A program made the position numbers and the translations under genes. From positions 25,978,001-26,042,000 of the forward strand of contig NC_045717.1 of NCBI RefSeq assembly GCF_009834535.1: a stretch of 64,000 nt of DNA, in the 5' to 3' direction. Numbering within the stretch: the first letter of the stretch is position 1; each line of letters starts with the position of its first letter. This DNA comes from Camelus ferus (Eukaryota). Below the pieces are notes generated by a model that had not been told where the DNA came from, searched no databases, and saw nothing but the letters and a program-made list of their open reading frames with translations. Positions 43,801 to 55,800 of the stretch are shown piece after piece.

Positions 43801-46800
43801 GGGCTGAGCTGAGGGTGGTGTGGGTGATGGCAAGGGCCGTGACTGGCCGTTGTGGGAGCTGTCTGACTTGCGCACGTGGGTCCTGGGGGCTCACGTGGAG
43901 GAGGGCTCGCAGGTGGGCAGGGGGCATCTGGCCAGAGCTGTGGCCCGGGTCCCTGCCGTCGCCGTCTCTGCCCAGCACCACGCCGTGTCCGTGGCTGGGG
44001 TCTGAGCCCTGGCTGGGCCTCGGGCTCGCGCTTCTGCGGGGGCCCAGCTCCTCCTGGCACAGAGGCGCTGGAGCCTACCCATGGCCAGGTGACCACCAGG
44101 AGGGCGTCCTTGTTGGAGGTCACCCTTGGATGTCATCAATTGAAGTTCACTTTGACGTTGACTTGCCTGCTTTGGGGTTCAAATGCATTTTGCTGTTGAA
44201 GAGATGATGGTGGATGTCAGTCGGCTTGTTTTTGGCAGGGTGGATGGAGTCACTGAGCGTGCTCTCCCTGGTCCCACAGCGACTTCTGAGAGATGGGGTT
44301 AAGTGCCCTGGAGAGCCCTCACTGGTGGTGATGGCGGCCTTAACCACGGCCAAGCATCCAGAGCTCTGAGGACTCCTGGGGCTCAGGGCCTGAGCCGGGG
44401 AGCCCGTGTGCCGTGGGAAGGTCCAGAGAGCATCTCGTGGGGACGTCAAGGGATGGAGCAGCTGAGGTGATGAGCGGTTGAATCCTCCAGACGTCGGAAC
44501 ATCACTCAGTGCTGAGAAGAGAGGGGCCGTCGTGCCACGAGAAGACACGAGGAGCCCCGAGTGCACACGACTAAGTGAGGGAAGCCGGCAGGAGGCTGCG
44601 CACTGTGAGCCAGCTCTGGAAGGGCAGCGCTTTGGAGATGTGGACGGATCCATGGTCGTGGGGCAGGGGTTGGGAGGGGGTGAGGAGATGGAGCCCAGGG
44701 GACATGAGGGCAGTGAGACACTCTGTGTGGTGCTGTGGTGGTGGGCACGGGTCTCTGTGCATTTGTCCAGGCCCACAGGGTGAACCCCGATGTCAGCTAG
44801 GGATCCTGGGGGATTGTGACGTGTCTGTGCAGGTTCATTGATTGTCACAAATGCCCCACTGGTGGGGGATGTTGACAGTGGGGGAGGCTGTGCACATGTG
44901 GGGCCAAAGAGGTGGGAATCCACCTTCCACTCAATTTTGCTGTGAACCTAAAACTGCTCTTAAAAAGAAGTCTTTAAAAACAAAAGTGCACGGTCCAGCT
45001 CCGAGGATTTTGAGTTTGCCAGCACCTCTGAACGAGCGCAGGGCCCCGGGCCTCACCCTGGAGGCCTGACTCCACTTCGGGGGAGGGCCTGGGAGTCTTG
45101 GGTGTTTCTGTTTTTTAAGTGTCTCGGGAGCTCTACTGAGCAGCCAGTGGAAATGTTTATAAATGGTTATTTTATGATCGCCTACAGGGCTCGTATGTGC
45201 AGGAAGTTTGTATCCTTTGTTCTCTCTTAAGTTCTGTGGCGAGAGAAAGACGCAGGGACCTGGTGCCAGCGTCCTTGCCCTGTGCTGAGGTGTGAGTCAG
45301 CCTGAACCAGGCCGCAGCGTTTAACAGCTTTGGCCTGCTTGCACCTCTGACTTGGCTTTTTGAAAAGTGTCGGCGATATGTAGTTGTTTATACTTCAGGT
45401 CTTAAAATACTTTGACATTTTTAATACAGACACCTCACTTCATCATGCTTTGCAGATACCCATTTTTCACAAATGGAAGGTCTGTGGTGACACTGCCTCC
45501 AGCAGCATTTGCTCACTTGGTGTCTGTGTCACATTTGGGTAATTCTCACAGATTTTAAAACTTCCTCGTCACAACTGCATTTGTTATGGTGATCTGTAGT
45601 CAGGGATCTTTCATTTTAGTGTTGTGATTGTTCTGGGGTCCACGAACCTCTTCCGCGTGAGATGTGGACACAATTGATTGCTGAAGAGACGGGCTGAGAA
45701 TGCAACACGGCCTGGGGGTAGAGCAGTGCGCCCGGCCCGGAGGACAGAGCCAGCTGTGAAGGGAGCGCCCTGCGGGCACAGTGCCTCCGACAGCCACCCC
45801 GCTGCGGGGGGGACGCCGCCAGGGCAGGAGCCGTTGTCGTCCGGTCAGCAGGCTTCACTGTCGCCTGCGAGGTCGCGCGGGGTCACCTCATTGGCACCTT
45901 TCAGGCGGGGCTCCCCCTCCTCCCCAGCCAAAGCTGACTGACTGGTGGCTCTGATGATGGTTAGTGTTTCTTAGCAATAAAGTGGGTTTAAGTAAGGCAC
46001 GTACTTTTTTGTTTAGACGTAATGCTGTGGCGAGCTTAACAGATGACAGCGTGACGCAGGCGTGACTTCACACGCAGCTCGCGGTGGCACATGTCCGCCG
46101 TATCGCTGTCCTCTGGAACCCACCCTGCAGTGTCTCGGGTCTGCCTGATCACCATCATGTCTGCATACCCTGATCAGTTTTTTTTCTTCTCTGAGAAGGA
46201 GAATAAATACTTCCTTGTCAGCAGTGCTGTGTGAAAATAAAGACCTGGAAAGCCTCACGAGGTCGTCCTCTCCCGCGCTCCTTGCCTGGGCTCCGCACCT
46301 AGAGCTCTGCTTTAGATGAATGTTTAAGCACTCCCGAGGGAGTGGGGGACAGGGCAGTATTTTACAGCCTTTCCTTCCCTTCCTGTCTGTTGAGCCACTG
46401 AGCCCATGCACCCTTTTTATAGCTAAAAGCTAGTGTTGAGGCAGGGTCTTTGCGAAGGTCGGCCCCTTCCTGGGGTCCCATTTGTCGGCCCAGTGTGTGT
46501 GCTGGGGGTGGGGACTCTGTCCTTGGGCTGTCGCTCTGCCACCGCTCCCCAGGGCTGTATTCCAGGCTAGAGCACCAGGGCCCGCTGTTCCCCCACCACT
46601 CGTGGCCTCCGGGGATAAGTGGGGCCGCCCAAGTCCTTGCCACCCTATAGCCACGGGCCGTGTTGCTCTGGCTGCTTTTCAGATTTTCTCGTATTTCGGT
46701 TTTCAGTAGTCTGTTTACCATACGTCTGGGCGTGATTTTCTTTTGTATCTCCTGTTTGTGGGAGACGCTGGGCATCTTGAATCTGTAGACTTATGTCTTC

Positions 46801-49800
46801 CACCAAATTTGGGGACATTTCAGCCATTGGTTTTTCAGATCTTCACCCACGCCTTCCGTCCCCGGGAGCCCAGTGCTATGCTCGCCGTGCCCCCGACCTC
46901 GCAGCGCGGGCAGGCACGCTGGCCCCGCGTCCTGCCTTGACTGCCTGCACAGCGGCACGTCCGGCTGATCCGCCTTCACCTGGCTCGCTTCCTCCTCCAG
47001 CTCCCTGTCCAGTCCATCCAGGGCATGTTTACTTCAGAAATTACTTTTCACTCTAGAGTTTCCATCGGGTTGTTTTATGTCGCTTGCCTTTCTCTGCTGA
47101 GATTTCCTCTTTCTCTTCATCGTGATCATATTTTCTCTTTGGTCACAAGAGCATGGTGGCAGTTGGTGGATTGAAGTCCGCGTGTCAGCTCCATCACCGG
47201 GGCTGTCTCAGAGCTGGCCTTCGGTGGGCGTTCTTCCCCTTGGGTGCAGGTTGTGTCCTCCCGTCTCTAATCTGAACAGCTGTGCCTCGTGTCCTGGACG
47301 GAGTGAGCTTGTCTCCGGTGGGTGTCCTTCCCCTTGGGTGCGGGCGTGTCCCCGTGGCTCTCACGTGGATGGCCACACTCTGTGTCCTGGACAGAGCGAG
47401 GGCGGTGCTGCGGGGACCCTGGGCTGTGTTGCGCTCTCGGAGAAGTGTTGCTCTGCAGGGAGGGGCTTGTTTTCGGGGTGGTGGTCTTGCCTGGGCTGAA
47501 ACTCCAGCAGTGGCCGGAGGAAGCTGGAACGCGGCTGCGTCTGGACTTCGAGTTCCATCAGGACGGCGTTCATGTGAGGGTGTGGCCCCTACTCCCCCCT
47601 CCGTTCCCAGCGGCTGTGTTCACGCCTCTGTGCTCTGCACGGCGCCCACGGTCACAGCCGGACAGGACCCAGGGGTCTTGTGGGGTCTGCCCAGTAGTGG
47701 TCTTCAGATGAGCTGGGGAGGCTTGGCCTGACAGGAGCGCACACACGTTACCGGGAATGGACTCTGCCCAGAGTCGCACGGAGACCACGGTGCCTTGGCT
47801 GCTCGTGGGCTGACAGACACCTCACATTCAGGTGTCAGCTGTTGGGGTGTCCTGGGCGTGCGCCCACCCCAGAGCTGCCTGACCCTCCCACAGCAGTATT
47901 CGTCCCTCTGTTGCTTCCCTTTTAAATCATTAACGGCAGCTCCCAGGTGCGGGAGGGGTCACCATGTGTGGGGATTAGTAACTGGAAGCCCGCTGGAAGG
48001 ATCCAGTGACGTGACACGTGTTCTATCACGCGCCCCTTGGTCATGGAATATTCATCACACTCGGGCTGCTGGAGCGCTCGGGTGGCGCCATCCCCGTGTG
48101 TCTGCGCTGGGGTGGCCGAGTGGCCGCAGTGACGTGAAGGGAGGGTGTGAGCACTGGGCAGGGTCCCCCGGGTGGGGTCGGGAGCCGTTGAGTCCTGTCA
48201 GAGGCCCGGCAGCCCGCTCGCTGTTGCCCACTTAGAAGCAGGGCTGCAGGGAGGGCGGGCAGGCGGGCGCTCCCGGCCCTGTGCTGGTTCACGGCGTCCG
48301 GCCCAAGGGCACGTTGGTTGCTCTGGACCTGGTGTATGGGTCCCGACCTTGGGATTGGGGTCTTAGCAGATGTGCTGAGTTAGTGAGGAACCCCAGGGAA
48401 CTGGAAACCTCTGTCCCCACAAACACCTGCGCACGGACGCCCGTCCGGGAGTCAGGGTGTGAGGGGGGCTGAACCTCACTGATAGGCGGGGAGCTGCACA
48501 CAGACCCTCGGCAGGCTCGCCGGAGGGGCTGCCGAGAGCGGGCCGGGCTCAGAGACGCCCATGGGGTGGCTGGTGTCCGAGAGGGCCTGGTGCCTTCAGC
48601 TCCGAGGGCCGAGGGGCTCCTCACAGCCGTTCAGGGCCAGCAGCAGGCCTGGGTCTCGTGGGGGTGGGCGGGAAGGGGCCTGGATGGCGAGGTTGCTGGC
48701 CGGCCGGCCCTTCTTACCCGGGAGCCGGAGCGGTGGGCCCGGTGAGGGGCCGTGCCAATCTGGACCTCCGCCCCGGCTGCCTGCGCTGGGCTCCCTGCGC
48801 AGCTGCAGCACGGGCCGAGGTGGACCTGCCGCTGGGGCGGCGCTGGGACATGGGCTGTCTTCCCGGCTTTGTGCTTTCTTGTCTGCAGCTGGCTAACAGG
48901 CTAATAGAAGACGAAGAAATTTTCCGTACCTTGATACTCTATGTTGAAATGATTATTCTTTTTTTTAAGTTTTAAAACTTTTCGGTGTATAAAATGTCAG
49001 GTAAACACACAAGTAGAGGAAGCAGTTCACAGAGCGCGGTGTGCCTGCCTCAGCTGCATCACCCCGACCGCCTGTCGTCCGCAGCCATCCTCCTGTGGGG
49101 CGCTGCCGGAGGCCCGGAGGCCGGGAGGCCGGGGCACCTTGCAAACAGACCTCACGCACACAGCGCGCCCCTTCGTGTGCACTGGTTGGTGGGGTCTGTA
49201 CGTTCATGGAGTTGTTCTGCCTGATTCCAGAACACCCCATCACCCCAAAATGAAAACCTGTCCCCAGCAGCAGTTACCCCCTTCCCCAGCCCAGTCCCTA
49301 GCACCAGGAGCCTCCTCTCTGTGTCTGTGGACTGGCCTGTTCTGGACGTTTCACTTCTATGGAATCACACAGTCTGTGTCTGACTTCTTTAAGTTTTAGC
49401 CGAACTCTTGGAGCTTTTTTTTTTTTTTTTTTCTTTTTAGGCAAAATACATCTCTCAGTGTATTGATGAAATCAAGCAAGAACTGAAGCAAGACAACATC
49501 GCGGTGAAGGCCAACGCAGTCTGCAAGCTGACCTACGTGAGTACCGGGCAACCTGGCCCTTCAGGCTGGGTCTGACTCCACCGTCCCTCCCTCTTTCCGT
49601 CCATCTGTCCCACTGCGACTGGTGGACACCACTGGGGCACTCCGGGTGGAGGGAGAGGTGTGCTGAAGCCCTTGCCCCGTGACCCTTTCCCACGTGGAGG
49701 GGCAGGAGCGCCCCCTGCAGTCACAGCTGCCCTGCCAGCTGGGCCCTGAAGCCTGCCGGGGGTAGGGAGCTTCCTGGTCCAGTGGGGGGTGGGCCTGGGC

Positions 49801-52800
49801 CGGGCAACCTGCTCCGGCCTCTCCTGGTCAGAGAAGGGAGACGCGTGCGCTGCTTGGGTTTCAGCTGGTGTTTCTGTTTGCCAGACACTACTTTAGCGTG
49901 TGTTGTTACCCTGTGGCTGTGGTTTTAAATGTGGGGACTCACTAGTCAGGAGCAGAAGTGAACCGCCCCGGGGCAGGGGGGCTGCTGGGGCCGGCGGCGC
50001 CCGGGCGTGTGGGTGAGGATCGCCCTTTCTCGCCGACAGCTGCAGATGCTAGGCTACGACATCAGCTGGGCCGCCTTCAACGTCGTGGAGGTGATGAGTG
50101 CCCCCAAGTTCACGTTCAAGGTGAGGGGAGCCAGCCTGCGGGGGCAGGGCTAGGGGCGGCGCCCGCCCTGGGGCAGAGGCACCACCGCCGGGCACAGGGC
50201 GACAGACACCAGCCGCTGGTCCTCCGCGCTTCACAGCTACTGTTGTGCTCGGCGCCGGCACCCCTTACATCACCTTTATCTTTCAGTTTTAAGTAGGCCA
50301 GTGAGCTAAGGGTTTGTAGGATTGACTGTGTATTAATACAAATTAAAATAAATTTCTAACTTTTCCAAAAAAAAGACTAGCAGGCACTGACCCTCCCCGT
50401 CAGAGGCCACGCTTCTCACCATGTCCCAGGGCCTCAGTCACCTTGCAGGCGTTCTTTCTGTGTCGCAGGGGCCTACTCAGGAGCAGTTTGAGACGTTGCC
50501 TGCTGCTTACTTGGTACTGTAACAAACAGGCACATCTCTCGCTTTAGTAATTGCCCTGAAACGCGGTTTTCAGCGCCCACAGCCCATTGTGGGTTTCCTT
50601 GAATTTCCTGGGTTGGCTCAATTTTCCACGCACCGGCTGGGTGCCCGGCTGTTTCCTGCCTGCGGACCAGGCTCCGGCTCTTCTGAAGGACACGGTCATC
50701 CTGCCCGCCTGTTAACTGTCGGCAAAGAAAGGAAATGCCGTATTTGTCAGAATTGGCTGGTGCTCTGTGTGGATGTTAAAGTATCTCAGGCGCGTGCGAG
50801 TGTGACTGTAGGTGCCCCGTCAGGGGGCAGAGAGATGTGAGTTGAGTTTAGCCAGCACTTGTGATGGCTTTTTCCATCCCATGGCCAGGTGGCAGTGAGG
50901 CCGCGCTCGGTCCTGGTGGACTGGTGCCGGCGCCACAGTCTCTCACCCTAGCACCCTGGGAGGGGAGGCCTTCCTCCTGGAGGCCCCATCCTGTGCTGAC
51001 TCGTGATGGGGACAGCTGGGTGCTTCCTCCTGGCACCGGGTCCCATCTGGCCTCTGACACCTCCTTTTGTTCCACTCCCAGCGCATCGGCTACCTCGCGG
51101 CTTCCCAGTGCTTTCACGAGGGGACCGACGTCATCATGCTGACCACCAACCAGATCCGCAAGGTAGGCCCCTCGCAGGAGGAAGCACTCGGGTCGTGTTC
51201 TCCAAATGCCCAGAGATGATGGCGGAGGTGGGGTGTTGCAGGACTCCTATCTCGATTTCCCATCTTGGCGTCGGAGGGCTGCCTCCGCATTCACTCCTCC
51301 TTCCTGCCCTTCTCCCCTTGTGGGGCCACCTGCTGAGGTCCAGCCCTCCTGGTGCAGGGGGCTGTCTGCCCCCTGGATCTTGTGAGTCACGCCACATGGG
51401 CCTCTCAGCCCCGTGTGTTTTTATGTCACAGTGGTCTCTGGGAAGCACTGAGTAATAAGTGTCTCCTTGGCCCCAGTGTACTTTGAACATCTCTTGTTTC
51501 CCACCTTATTGCAAGTGGTCGGGGGGGGGGGGATTTGGTGTCAGAGGTACCCTCCCTCAGCCCAGACCACGCATCAGAGCCTGTGAGCTGTGGTTGCTTT
51601 GCAGGTGACCTGGTGACTGGGCTCCTGGCAGGCGCTGCGGGGCAGGCAGGCTGCTTAGGGACAATCTGAGTGTCCCCCATTTCTGCAAGCTCCGTGGCAG
51701 CACCCAAGGCGCCTGCCGCTGCCCTCTGACCCTTTGTAAGTCACACTGTGCTGGGGGGACTTCATCCTGTGCCCTGGTGGCTTTGTCTTCTCAGCCTGGG
51801 CTGGAGTTAGTTTAAAAGCCTGTATTTTCATTTTGTTACTGTGGTCTAGAAGGTTGACTCTTAAAATACCTTTCGGTGTATCTCTTACCACATATGTAAG
51901 GTTTGGGGAGGTTCCTTAGGAAAATCTCTCCCCAGAGCAAGTGTGTGACGCACACAGTCCCCTGCTAGTGAGACGGGGCTTCCGCGGTCAGGTTTGGTGA
52001 GGGCAAAGGTGAGCAACGTTGGAGGTCAGGGCCGGTGCGTGCTTCTCGCGGCTGGTTTTCCTGCTCCCCTGAGGGCTGAAGCTCAGGGCGAAGCTTCTCT
52101 CTGCTTTTGGGAGGGGCCCGAGGAGTTGTTCCTGGCTCTCCTGGGGGAGATAACCCGTGGAAACGGAGGTTCCAGGGTTCTACTCTGGGGGCTCCCCGCC
52201 ATGTGCCATTGGGCTCTTGGGGCTGGCTGGCTATACCTTCTCAGCCCAGGGCTCCTCCAGTGGAGCCACCTGGGGCCCGTGGGTGGCACCGGCTCTGCAC
52301 AGCACACCCCTGGGACGCGGGTGTGGCTCTCCCCTTACGGCCGTGCCAGGCTTTCTCTGTGATGGCACGTGGGCCTGGCTGCTCCTTGTGAGTCCTCGTC
52401 CTAGCCCGTCTCCCACCCCAGAGCAGGCCTGGCGGGCACAGTGGGACCCAGCAAGGTACGTTCCTCGCCCACCTCTAACCCTGTCCCTCCCTTTCCAGGA
52501 CCTGAGCAGCCCCAGCCAGTACGACACTGGCGTTGCGCTGACTGGCCTGTCCTGTTTTGTTACCCCAGATCTTGCCAGAGACTTGGCCAACGACATCATG
52601 ACACTGGTGAGTCTGTGAGTGCGCCCGCCCCCTTGGCCTTTGCTCCCCAGCGTGCCAGGGCCGCACAGGTACCCGGAAAACTGAAGTGGTGATATCACAC
52701 AGAGAGCCTTGGGCATGCGGAAATGACCTGGGTCCCGGGCGAGCTGGGCACCGCGTCTTCACCTTCTCCGGGCACCTGGTGGGCCCTGCATTCTTACTTC

Positions 52801-55800
52801 ACCTCCTGAGCCGGTCCTGTGAGGGCGGGACGGAGTCTGGCCGGGGACTGTTACCCAGTCTGAGCACGTGACTTGCCGTCTACGTTTTTGCTGAGTCGTG
52901 GCGGTGCGGTAGCGGTCCCGGCAGGTCAGGGCGGTCCCGCCTGCCTGCTTTGACCAGGGCAGGGCGCCTTTTATTTTCACCAGAGCACAATTTGACTTCT
53001 TATGGCTCAGTCCACCCGGAAGGCAAAAACCCCAGCCAGCCCTGGTCTCCGGGGTGTGCAGAACCTTGTTCTGAAACACGGACATCCTCTTAGAAATCAC
53101 GGCCCTCACCTTGGTGGGTCGACTGCACGCTGCGTTCTCCAGGGCTCTCCCCGTCTGGCCGCATTAAGTAAAGCAGTGGCGTGGAAGGGAGGTGTGTTCC
53201 CCTTGGGAGGGCTCTGTCCGGACGTGGCCTGTTTGCTGTGCAGATGGTCAGGTCTTGGCTGGTGGTCTTGAAAACTCATGCACTTGGCTTCTAGATCAGG
53301 GCCAGCACAGCGCGGCCCAGGCCACAGCCAGTCGCCGCCTGTTGTAGATGGTTTTGTCCACCCGCGGCCCCGCGCCTTCATCCCTGCAGTATTCCTGGGC
53401 TGCCCACCGTCAGGCCCCCACCAGGCAGTGTGTGGGCCCGCGTGCGTGAAAGCGCCCCGAGCCCTCCGGGGTGTCAGTGAGCTGCTCAGACCGTGCTGGT
53501 GCTGGTCCTGGGGTGGGGGCAGGGCTCCCCTGGGCCCTGCCAGGTGGGCAGCGTGCATTCCTGGCAACGAGAGGCCCTCCTGGCCAGAGCACAGTCCCGA
53601 GGGCGGTCAGGAGCTCCAGGGCCCCAGGTTGGGGTGCAGGGGGTGCTGAGGCCTGGGCGAGGGGGGCCTGGGACACCCCTCAGCATCTGGCTCTGGGGAC
53701 AGGCCTTGGCAGGCCAAAGAGCTGGAGGCTGTCTCCATTGTGACCTTCTATTTGGGGTCTCTGTCCTTCCTCCCGTCGCTCAGGGGCCCCAGTTCATCCA
53801 GGAGGCAGGTCTCAGCCTCCGGAGGGCAGGTTGGAGTCACAGACACTGGGAGGCAGGTTTCGATCCCGGCCAAGACTCTGTTGTGTGATCCTGGGCTCAG
53901 GGGGCAGTGGAGTAGGTGTGCGTGCTGGGCTCCGAGCCAGGAGCCAGTGAGCTGGAGAGAGGGTCGTCCCAGGCGCTGGAGGTGAGCGGGGAGGCGTGGG
54001 GCGTGGCGGCTTCGTCAGGGAGACTGACGGCCCTCTGCCCCCGCAGATGTCGCACACCAAGCCTTACATCCGGAAGAAGGCGGTGCTGATTATGTACAAG
54101 GTGTTCCTGAAGTACCCCGAGTCGCTCCGCCCTGCCTTTCCCCGCCTGAAGGAGAAGCTAGAGGACCCCGATCCTGGTTTGTTGATTTGAGTCATCAAGG
54201 GGCAGACGCAGGGCCGAGGGGCTCTGCCGCATCTGTGAGGGCCTGGTGGAGGGTGTTGAAGGGAGGAGTTGAGGGGCACAAGGTTCCGGGACCCTGTCCT
54301 GGAACCTCCCCAGTAGGGCACCTCTTTACCATCTGCCACCACGAGATGCTGGATTCACCTTCTTTCCAGTAGCCCTGGGACCCGCGGCTTCTCCAGGCAG
54401 CCCTGGTTCTGTTAGTTGGTTCAGGATTTGGAAACCAAGACCCGGGTACAGGGTGTGCCCGCTCCTGCCAGGGCGTTGTAGCCTCTAGGCCCTCAGCGGA
54501 CAGTACACTCACACCGTGGGGCCCTCCTGTGGGCAGGGGCGAACAGAGCCGTTCTGCGGGTGGGTGTGCTGTGCCCAGAGTCACTTTGATCCTGCTGGGG
54601 ACACACCCCGAGCGGGTGGGTTTGAGCTCTGCCCACAGGCCATGGCACACCCTGGCCCAGGCAGGGCCCCCACACACGCGCTAGCAGCCTGCTGAGGGGG
54701 CCCCCCTCACTGATGGAGGCCCCTTTCTTCTCAGGGGTCCAGTCGGCGGCTGTCAACGTCATCTGCGAGCTGGCCAGACGCAACCCCAAGAACTACCTTT
54801 CCCTCGCCCCTCTCTTCTTCAAGCTCATGACCTCCTCCACCAACAACTGGGTCCTCATTAAGATTATCAAGCTGGCAAGTGACCTGCTCGTTCCCCCCCC
54901 CCCCCGCCTCCCGGAGGGCTCCAGGGCTGTTGTGAGCGCGCGTGGCACACGGGGCCAGGCTCCAGTGACCCTGGCATCTTTTGTCCCCTAGTTTGGTGCT
55001 CTCACCCCCTTGGAGCCAAGGTTGGGCAAGAAGTTGATTGAGCCTCTCACCAACCTGATCCACAGGTAGGCCCTCGGTTCCCAGGGGCCCTGTGGCCTCA
55101 AGGGTAGGGACGGGGGCTGCCGCCACAGAGGGGCCGTGTGTCTGGGCGGACTCTCCCCTTCATTCTGCGAACAGCAGAGTTACAACAAGGTGGAGAAAGC
55201 TGCCCCACGCAGCCCCTGGTTCCCTGGTAGACCCAAGGGGTCTAACTGAAGAGCTGTAAGTGTCTCACTGCCCCCCCAGTTCTGGGGTGTTCTAGGAGTG
55301 TCCATGCTGCTTTGGGTGCCTATGGTTGAATCCTGAGGGCCAAGCATTGGGTGCTAGGGAATCCTGGACTGGGGTCCTCTGGGCATTGGGGGTCCTGGGG
55401 GCCTTGAGGCCGCGTTGGATGTTAGAGCTGTGGCTGCTACGGGTGAGGCCCAGGCCATGGGCTGGGCCCTGCCATCCCCTGGGGTTCAGTGTCCAGGCTC
55501 ACAAGTGGGTCCCACATTAAAAATAATTATATATATCAGGTGTTTGGGTTCAGGATGTTGTTGGTTTTAAACAAAGAACCAGTCACCAGGCTTAGGATGT
55601 AGCTGCGGTTTTCAGAGCGTCAACAAGAAGCTGTCGGCCCCGTGGTGGTTCCCGTGGATGGGCTCTGGTGGCCCATGCTCCTTGGGGCTCACTGTGTCCG
55701 TACCCTCGGGTTTGGGTGATGTGGGCCCGGGACTGTCACCAGAGAACGTTGGATTGGAGTAGATGGCCTGGTGCCCGCCCTTGGTCTTCCTGGGCTGTGT

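Noticed and set aside
50040-50045. Alternative acceptor CTGCAG 6 nt into AP3D1 exon 3
   Set aside because: This is a common tandem-AG situation that would delete two conserved residues (LQ), and nothing in the sequence favours it.
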